A stretch of DNA of 64,000 bases from the human T2T-CHM13v2.0 reference genome, Homo sapiens. Made by a program: the position numbers and the translations under genes. Of the stretch, positions 54,151 to 64,000 are shown in pieces. The number at the start of each line of letters is the position of its first letter. Position 1 is the first letter of the stretch. Below the pieces are notes generated by a model. The model saw only the letters and a list, made by a program, of their open reading frames with translations. It was not told where the DNA came from and did not search any database. Location of the stretch: NCBI RefSeq assembly GCF_009914755.1, contig NC_060948.1; one strand, given 5' to 3'.

Positions 54151-57100
54151 GGCCTGGAATAAAGTGGAATGCTACGGTCTCGAATGGAATAAAAATGTAT
54201 GGAATGGAATGCAATGAAACGGAATCGAATGTCATAGAATGTAATGGAATGCAAAAAAATGGAATCCAAAATCATTGACTGGAAAGGCTGGGTGTCGAAA
54301 GGAATTGACTCCAATGGAATGGAATCGCATGGAATGGAAGTGAATAGAATCGAACTAAATCGAATGGAATGGAATTGATAGGAACGGAATGGAAAGGAAT
54401 GCAATGATTTGGCATGGAATGGAATCGAATGGCATCGAATGGAATGGAATGGAATGCAATGGAATGGAATGTATTAGAATGTAATGAACTTTAATGGAAT
54501 GTACTCGAATGGATTCGACTGGAATGGAATGTTCTGGAAGTGAATGGACTCCAATGGAATGGATTCAAAAGGAATGGAATCGTACGGAATGGAATCTAAT
54601 GGAATGGAATTAAATGGAAATGAATCAAATTGAATAGCACGGAATTGAATTGAATGGAATGGAATGCAATGGAATCTAATGAAACGGAAAGGAAAGGAAT
54701 GGAATGGAATGCAATGGGCTGGAATGGAAAGGAATCGAAACAAATGGAATGGAATCGAAGTGAAGAGACTGGAATGGAATGCACTGGAATGGAAGGGAGT
54801 GTAATGGAAGGTTCTCGAAAAAAATGGAATCGAATGGAATGGAATTGAATGGAACGGAATAGAGTCGAATGGAATTGAATGGAATGGAATGGACTAGAGT
54901 GAAATGGAATCGAACCACAAGGAATGGACAGGAATAGAATGGTCTCGAATTGAATGGAATCGTATGGAATGGCATCAAACGGAATGGAATGGACAGCCAC
55001 GGAATGGAATGCACTCGAATACAATGGAGTCGAAACTAATGGACTGGAATAGAATGGACTCGACTGGTACGGACTCCAATGGAATGGAATCGAATGGAAG
55101 GGAATCGAACGGAAGGGAATCGAACGGAATGGACTCGAAGGGAAAAGACTGCAATGGAAAGGTCTCGAATGGAATGGAAATTAATGGAATGGAATGGAAT
55201 CGAATGAAATGGAGTCAAAAGGAATGGAATCGAATGGCAAGAAATCGAATGTAATGGAATCGCCAGGAATTGATGTGAACGGAACGGAATGGAATGGAAT
55301 CCAAAGGAATGGAATAGAATGGAATGGAATCGAATGGAAAGGACTCGAATGGAAATCACTCGAATAGAATGCAATTTAATAAAATAGGATCAAATGTAAT
55401 GGAATGGAATGGAAAGGAATCGAAACGAAAGGAATGGAGACAGATGGAATGGAATGGAACAGAGAGCAATGGTATAGAATGGAATGGAATCATCTGGAAT
55501 GGAATTGAATGGAATGGAATAATATGAAATGGAATGGAATGGAATGGAATGGAATGCCCTTGAATTAAATGGACTGGAATGGAATGGACTCAAACAGAGT
55601 GGAATGGAAAGTGTGGAGATAGAATGGAATGAACTCCTTTGGAATGGTCTAGTATGCAATGCAATCCACTGGCAGGGAATCAAAAGGTATGTAATCGAAT
55701 GGATTGGACTGGAATGCAAAGGACTGGAATAGATTGGAAACGGAATGCAAAGGAATGGAATGGAATAGTATGGAATGCAATGGAAGGGAATGGAGTGGAA
55801 TAGACTAGAGTGGAATGGAATGGACTGGAAAGCAATGGACTGGAATGGAACTTTCTTGGATGGACTGGAATCAAACGGAATGGAATGCAGTGCAATCAAA
55901 TGGCATGGAATAAAATAGAATGAAAGAGAATCAAATGGAATTGAATCGAATGGAATCGAATGGATTGGAAAGGAATAGAATGGAATGGAATGGAATTGAC
56001 TCAAATGGAATGGACTAGAATGGAATGGATTCGAATGGAAGGCAAAGGAATGGAATCTATTGGAATGGACTGTAATGGAATGGAATGGAAGGGATTGGAA
56101 TGGACTCGAATGGAATGGACTGCAATAGAAAGGATTCGAATGGAATGGAAAAGAATTGAATGGAATAGAACAGAATGGAATCAAATCGAATGAAATGGAA
56201 TGGAATAGAAAGGAATGGAATGAAATGGAATGGAAAGGATTCGAATGGAATGCAATCGAATGGAATGGAATCGAACGGAATGGAATAAAATGGAAGAAAA
56301 CTGGCAAGAAATGGAATCGAAATGAATGGAGTGTTATGGAACGGACTCAAAAGGAATTGAATGTAATAGAATGGAGTGGAGTGGACTCGAATATAATGGA
56401 CTGGAATGGAATGAAATCACATGGAATGGGAACGAATGGAATGGAATGGAAAGGAATGGAATCGAATGGAAAGGAATCGAATGGAAGGGAATGAAATTGA
56501 ATCAACACGAATGGAAGGGAATAGAATAGACTGTAATGGAATGGACTCGAATAGAATGGACACGAATGCTCAAATTAAATGGACTCGAATGGAATGGAAA
56601 CGAAAGGAATGTCATCGAATGGAATTGAATCGATTGGAATGAAATCACATAGAATGGAGTGGAATCAAATGGAATTGAATCGAAAGGAAAGGAAGCGAAT
56701 GGACTGAAATGAAATGGAATGGAATTGAATGGAAAGTAATGCAATGGAATAGAATGGAACGAAATTTCACGGAATGGAATCAAACTGAATGGAATCAAAT
56801 CAATGGAATCAAATCAAATGGAATGGAAAGGAATTGAATGGAGTAGATGGGATTGGATGGGATTGGAATGAAATGTACTGGAAAGGACTCGAATTTCATG
56901 AAACGGAATGGAATGAATTGGAACGGAATGGACTCGAATGGAATGGAATGTCATGGGATGGCATCAAATGGAATGACATCAAATGGAATGGAATCGAATG
57001 CAGTGGAATGCTATGGAATGGAATGGAATGCATTGGAATGGAATGTCCTCTAATGGAATGGATTCGAGTGGAATGGAATTGAATATAATGGAGTCGAATG

Positions 57101-57729
57101 AAATGGAATTGAAAGGAATGGGATCGAATACAATGGAATATACAGGAATGTAACGTAATGAACTCGAATGTAATTGACTGGAATGGAATGTACATGAATG
57201 GAATGTAATCGAATGGAAAGTAATCCAATGGAATAGAATCTAATGCAATAAAATCGACTCAGATAGAGTAGAATGTAATGGAATGGAGTGCAGTGCAATG
57301 GAATGGAATGGAATGGAATGCAATGGAATGGAATGGAATGGAATGGAATGGAATGGAATGGAATGGGATGGAATGGTATGGAATGGATAGTATTGGACTG
57401 GAGTGAAATGGACTGGAAAGGAATGGACTCAAATTGAAAGGGCTCGAAAGGAATGGAGTCAAATGGAATGGTCTGGAATGGAATGAACACGAATGTAATG
57501 CAACCCAATAGAATGGAATCGAATGGCATGGAATATAAAGAAATGGAATCGAAGAGAATGGAAACAAATGGAATGGAATTGAATGGAATGGAATTGAATG
57601 GAATGGGAACGAATGGAGTGAAATTGTATGTAGTAGAAGATAATAGAATGGAATGCAAGCGAAAGGAAAGGAATGGATTGGAATGGAATGGAATTCATTG
57701 GAATGGAAGGGAATGTAGTGTAATGGACA
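54151..57729 (+). repeat. DYZ1 unit, 3579 bp
   Basis: GGCC 54151 to 57730; 15-bp duplication near 55100-55125. Confidence 0.92.
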
Positions 57730-60700
57730 GGCCTGGAATAAAGTGGAATGCTACGGTCTCGAATGGAATAAAAATGTATGGAATGGAATGCAATGAAACG
57801 GAATCGAATGTCATAGAATGTAATGGAATGCAAAAAAATGGAATCCAAAATCATTGACTGGAAAGGCTGGGTGTCGAAAGGAATTGACTCCAATGGAATG
57901 GAATCGAATGGAATGGAAGTGAATAGAATCGAACTAAATCGAATGGAATGGAATTGATAGGAATGGAATGGAAAGGAATGCAATGATTTGGCATGGAATG
58001 GAATCGAATGGCATCGAATGGAATGGAATGGAATGCAATGGAATGGAATGTATTAGAATGTAATGAACTTTAATGGAATGTACTCGAATGGATTCGACTG
58101 GAATGGAATGTTCTGGAAGTGAATGGACTCCAATGGAATGGATTCAAAAGGAATGGAATCGTACGGAATGGAATCTAATGGAATGGAATTAAATGGAAAT
58201 GAATCAAATTGAATAGCACGGAATTGAATTGAATGGAATGGAATGCAATGGAATCTAATGAAACGGAAAGATAAGGAATGGAATGGAATGGAATGGGCTG
58301 GAATGGAAAGGAATCGAAACGAATGGAATGGAATCGAAGTGAAGAGACTGGAATGGAATGCACTGGAATGGAAGGGAGTGTAATGGAAGGTTCTCGAAAA
58401 AAATGGAATCGAATGGAATGGAATTGAATGGAACGGAATAGAGTCGAATGGAATTGAATGGAATGGAATGGTCTAGAGTGAAATGGAATCGAACCACAAG
58501 GAATGGACAGGAATAGAATGGTCTCGAATTGAATGGAATCGTATGGAATGGCATCAAACGGAATGGAATGGACAGCCACGGAATGGAATGCACTCGAATG
58601 CAATGGAGTCGAAACTAATGGACTGGAATAGAATGGACTCGACTGGTACGGACTCCAATGGAATGGAATCGAATGGAAGGGAATCGAACGGAATGGAATC
58701 GAACGGAATGGACTCGAAGGGAAAAGACTGCAATGGAAAGGTCTCGAATGGAATGGAAATTAATGGAATGGAATGGAATCGAATGAAATGGAGTCAAAAG
58801 GAATGGAATCGAATGGCAAGAAATCGAATGTAATGGAATCGCGAGGAATTGATGTGAACGGAACGGAATGGAATGGAATCCAAAGGAATGGAATAGAATG
58901 GAATGGAATCGAATGGAAAGGACTCGAATGGAAATCACTCGAATAGAATGCAATTTAATAAAATAGGATCAAATGTAATGGAATGGAATGGAAAGGAATC
59001 GAAACGAAAGGAATGGAGACAGATGGAATGGAATGGAACAGAGAGCAATGGTATAGAATGGAATGGAATCATCTGGAATGGAATTGAATGGAATGGAATA
59101 ATATGAAATGGAATGGAATGGAATGGAATGGAATGGAATGGAATGCCCTTGAATTAAATGGACTGGAATGGAATGGACTCAAACAGAGTGGAATGGAAAG
59201 TGTGGAGATAGAATGGAATGAACTCCTTTGGAATGGTGTAGTATGCAATGCAATCGACTGGCAGGGAATCAAGAGGAATGTAATCGAATGGATTGGACTG
59301 GAATGCAATGGACTCGAATAAATTGGAAACGGAATGCAAAGGAATGGAATGGAATAGTATGGAATGCAATGGAAGGGAATGGAGTGGAATAGACTAGAGT
59401 GGAATGGAATGGACTGGAAAGCAATAGACTGGAATGGAACTTTCTTGGATGGACTGGAATCAAACGGAATGGAATGCAGTGCAATCAAATGGCATGGAAT
59501 AAAATAGAATGAAAGAGAATCAAATGGAATTGAATCGAATGGAATCGAATGGATTGGAAAGGAATAGAATGGAATGGAATGGAATTGACTCAAATGGAAT
59601 GGACTAGAATGGAATGGATTCGAATGGAAGGCAAAGGAATGGAATCTATTGGAATGGACTGTAATGGAATGGAATGGAAGGGATTGGAATGGACTCTAAT
59701 GGAATGGACTGCAATAGAAAGGATTCGAATGGAATGAAAAAGAATTGAATGGAATAGAACAGAATGGAATCAAATCGAATGAAATGGAATGGAATAGAAA
59801 GGAATGGAATGAAATGGAATGGAAAGGATTCGAATGGAATGCAATCGAATGGAATGGAATCGAACGGAATGGAATAAAATGGAAGAAAACTGGCAAGAAA
59901 TGGAATCGAAATGAATGGAGTGTTATGGAACGGACTCAAAAGGAATTGAATGTAATAGAATGGAGTGGAGTGGACTCGAATATAATGGACTGGAATGGAA
60001 TGAAATCACATGGAATGGGAACGAATGGAATGGAATGGAAAGGAATGGAATCGAATGGAAAGGAATCGAATGGAAGGGAATGAAATTGAATCAACACGAA
60101 TGGAAGGGAATAGAATAGACGGTAATGGAATGGACTCGAATAGAATGGACACGAATGCTCAAATTAAATGGACTCGAATGGAATGGAAACGAAAGGAATG
60201 TCATCGAATGGAATTGAATCGATTGGAATGAAATCGCATAGAATGGAGTGGAATCAAATGGAATTGAATCGAAAGGAAAGGAAGCGAATGGACTGAAATG
60301 AAATGGAATGGAATTGAATGGAAAGTAATGCAATGGAATAGAATGGAACGAAATTTCACGGAATGGAATCAAACTGAATGGAATCAAATCAATGGAATCA
60401 AATCAAATGGAATGGAAAGGAATTGAATGGAGTAGATTGGATTGGATGGGATTGGAATGAAATGTACTGGAAAGGACTCGAATTTCATGAAACGGAATGG
60501 AATGAATTGGAACGGAATGGACTCGAATGGAATGGAATGTCATGGGATGGCATCAAATGGAATGACATCAAATGGAATGGAATCGAATGCAATGGAATGC
60601 TATGGAATGGAATGGAATGCATTGGAATGGAATGTCCGCTAATGGAATGGATTCGAGTGGAATGGAATTGAATATAATGGAGTCGAATGAAATGGAATTG

Positions 60701-61323
60701 AAAGGAATGGGATCGAATACAATGGAATATACTGGAATGTAACGTAATGAACTCGAATGTAATTGACTGGAATGGAATGTACATGAATGGAATGTAATCG
60801 AATGGAAAGTAATCCAATGGAATAGAATCTAATGCAATAAAATCGACTCAGATAGAGTAGAATGTAATGGAATGGAGAGCAGTGCAATGGAATGGATTGG
60901 AATGGAATGCAATGGAATGGAATGGAATGGAATGGAATGGAATGGAATGGAATGGAATGGGATGGAATGGTATGGAATGGATAGTAATGGACTGGAGTGA
61001 AATGGACTGGAAAGGAATGGACTCAAATTGAAAGGTCTCGAAAGGAATGGAGTCAAATGGAATGGTCTGGAATGGAATGAACACGAATGTAATGCAACCC
61101 AATAGAATGGAATCGAATGGCATGGAATATAAAGAAATGGAATCGAAGAGAATGGAAACAAATGGAATGGAATTGAATGGAATGGAATTGAATGGAATGG
61201 GTACGAATGGAGTGAAATTGTATGCAGTAGAAGAGAATAGAATGGAATGCAAGCGAAAGGAAAGGAATGGATTGGAATGGAATGGAATTCATTGGAATGG
61301 AAGGGAATGTAGTGTAATGGACA
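57730..61323 (+). repeat. DYZ1 unit, 3594 bp
   Basis: GGCC 57730 to 61324; 15-bp duplication near 58690. Confidence 0.92.
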
Positions 61324-64000
61324 GGCCTGGAATAAAGTGGAATGCTACGGTCTCGAATGGAATAAAAATGTATGGAATGGAATGCAATGAAACGGAATCG
61401 AATGTCATAGAATGTAATGGAATGCAAAAAAATGGAATCCAAAATCATTGACTGGAAAGGCTGGGTGTCGAAAGGAATTGACTCCAATGGAATGGAATCG
61501 AATGGAATGGAAGTGAATAGAATCGAACTAAATCGAATGGAATGGAATTGATAGGAATGGAATGGAAAGGAATGCAATGATTTGGCATGGAATGGAATCG
61601 AATGGCATCGAATGGAATGGAATGGAATGCAATGGAATGGAATGTATTAGAATGTAATGAACTTTAATGGAATGTACTCGAATGGATTCGACTGGAATGG
61701 AATGTTCTGGAAGTGAATGGACTCCAATGGAATGGATTCAAAAGGAATGGAATCGTACGGAATGGAATCTAATGGAATGGAATTAAATGGAAATGAATCA
61801 AATTGAATAGCACGGAATTGAATTGAATGGAATGGAATGCAATGGAATCTAATGAAACGGAAAGGAAATGAATGGAATGGAATGGAATGGGCTGGAATGG
61901 AAAGGAATCGAAACGAATGGAATGGAATCGAAGTGAAGAGACTGGAATGGAATGCACTGGAATGGAAGGGAGTGTAATGGAAGGTTCTCGAAAAAAATGG
62001 AATCGAATGGAATGGAATTGAATGGAACGGAATAGAGTCGAATGGAATTGAATGGAATGGAATGGACTAGAGTGAAATGGAATCGAACCACAAGGAATGG
62101 ACAGGAATAGAATGGTCTCGAATTGAATGGAATCGTATGGAATGGCATCAAACGGAATGGAATGGACAGCCACGGAATGGAATGCACTCGAATGCAATGG
62201 AGTCGAAACTAATGGACTGGAATAGAATGGACTCGACTGGTACGGACTCCAATGGAATGGAATCGAATGGAAGGGAATCGAACGGAAGGGAATCGAACGG
62301 AATGGACTCGAAGGGAAAAGACTGCAATGGAAAGGTCTCGAATGGAATGGAAATTAATGGAATGGAATAGAATCGAATGAAATGGAGTCAAAAGGAATGG
62401 AATCGAATGGCAAGAAATCGAATGTAATGGAATCTCCAGGAATTGATGTGAACGGAACGGAATGGAATGGAATCCAAAGGAATGGAATAGAATGAAATGG
62501 AATCGAATGGAAAGGACTCGAATGGAAATCACTCAAATAGAATGCAATTTAATAAAATAGGATCAAATGTAATGGAATGGAATGGAAAGGAATCGAAACG
62601 AAAGGAATGGAGACAGATGGAATGGAATGGAACAGAGAGCAATGGTATAGAATGGAATGGAATCATCTGGAATGGAATTGAATGGAATGGAATAATATGA
62701 AATGGAATGGAATGGAATGGAATGGAATGCCCTTGAATTAAATGGACTGGAATGGAATGGACTCAAACAGAGTGGAATGGAAAGTGTGGAGATAGAATGG
62801 AATGAACTCCTTTGGAATGGTGTAGTATGCAATGCAATCGACTGGCAGGGAATCAAAAGGTATGTAATCGAATGGATTGGACTGGAATGCAAAGGACTCG
62901 AAAAGATTGGAAACGGAATGCAAAGGAATGGAATGGAATAGTATGGAATGCAATGGAAGGGAATGGAGTGGAATAGACTAGAGTGGAATGGAATGGACTG
63001 GAAAGCAATGGACTGGAATGGAACTTTCTTGGATGGACTGGAATCAAACGGAATGGAATGCAGTGCAATCAAATGGCATGGAATAAAATAGAATGAAAGA
63101 GAATCAAATGGAATTGAATCGAATGGAATCGAATGGATTGGAAAGGAATAGAATGGAATGGAATGGAATTGACTCAAATGGAATGGACTAGAATGGAATG
63201 GATTCGAATGGAAGGCAAAGGAGTGGAATCTATTGGAATGGACTGTAATGGAATGGAATGGAAGGGATTGGAATGGACTCGAATGGAATGGACTGCAATA
63301 GAAAGGATTCGAATGGAATGAAAAAGAATTGAATGGAATAGAACAGAATGGAATCAAATCGAATGAAATGGAATGGAATAGAAAGGAATGGAATGAAATG
63401 GAATGGAAAGGATTCGAATGGAATGCAATCGAATGGAATGGAATCGAACGGAATGGAATAAAATGGAAGAAAACTGGCAAGAAATGGAATCGAAATGAAT
63501 GGAGTGTTATGGAACGGACTCAAAAGGAATTGAATGTAATAGAATGGCGTGGAGTGGACTCGAATATAATGGACTGGAATGGAATGAAATCACATGGAAT
63601 GGGAACGAATGGAATGGAATGGAAAGGAATGGAATCGAATGGAAAGGAATCGAATGGAAGGGAATGAAATTGAATCAACACGAATGGAAGGGAATAGAAT
63701 AGACTGTAATGGAATGGACTCGAATAGAATGGACACAAATGCTCAAATTAAATGGACTCGAATGGAATGGAAACGAAAGGAATGTCATCGAATGGAATTG
63801 AATCGATTGGAATGAAATCGCATAGAATGGAGTGGAATCAAATGGAATTGAATCGAAAGGAAAGGAAGCGAATGGACTGAAATGAAATGGAATGGAATTG
63901 AATGGAAAGTAATGCAATGGAATAGAATGGAACGAAATTTCACGGAATGGAATCAAACTGAATGGAATCAAATCAATGGAATCAAATCAAATGGAATGGA
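61324..64000 (+). repeat. Partial DYZ1 unit at the right edge
   Basis: Starts at GGCC 61324 and continues past the window end. Confidence 0.9.

Larger units (their letters stand above)
1..64000 (+). repeat. DYZ1: Human satellite III (HSat3) DYZ1-type tandem array, (GGAAT)n-derived, ~3.56-kb unit, ~18 head-to-tail copies
   Basis: Every line is degenerate GGAAT. Unique landmarks (GACAGGCCTGG, GGCTGGGTGTCG, GTCCTCTAATG, GCCCTTGAATT) recur every 3526-3594 bp in the same order and orientation. Mean period is (61324-720)/17 = ~3565 bp versus the canonical 3564-bp DYZ1 unit, with one GGCC and one constitutive GAATTC per unit. Confidence 0.96.

Noticed and set aside
264-63971. Hundreds of ORFs (MEWNG-rich on +, FHSIP-rich on -), up to 313 aa, e.g. 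1910-2851 (-)
   Set aside because: These are direct translations of (GGAAT)n and (ATTCC)n, which lack stop codons. They overlap in all frames, show no recognisable domain, and are freely frameshifted between copies by 5/10-bp indels.
1-64000. CRISPR-like or prokaryotic repeat system
   Set aside because: There is no repeat-spacer structure, no unique spacers and no cas-like genes; the sequence is eukaryotic satellite.
1-64000. HSat2, DYZ2 (HSat1B), Alu/L1 insertions or inversions
   Set aside because: There is no (CATTCGATTC)-dominated HSat2 pattern, no AT-rich/Alu DYZ2 block and no non-satellite island. The G/A-rich strand stays on + throughout.

Overview
The whole window is one uninterrupted tandem satellite array with no genes. 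The + strand is degenerate (GGAAT)n, equal to (ATTCC/TTCCA)n on the - strand, organised into a ~3.56-kb higher-order unit. There are 17 complete units of 3526-3594 bp (mean ~3565 bp, measured between GGCC landmarks at 720 and 61324) plus two partial units. The unit length, the pentamer and the single HaeIII and EcoRI sites per unit match human satellite III DYZ1 of Yq12 heterochromatin; this is recognised from family knowledge, not a database search. All listed ORFs are artefacts of translating the pentamer. I found no previously undescribed gene system. The most notable signal is three perfect, in-register heat-shock elements (nGAAnnTTCnnGAAn) per unit, about 50 in the window, one of which is lost in a right-hand subfamily. 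The array history is also readable: subfamily domains, an A-A-B-A-B dimeric arrangement, a ~50-bp candidate crossover interval, a bias towards 15-bp indels, two internal variable-length tracts and a lost HaeIII site.
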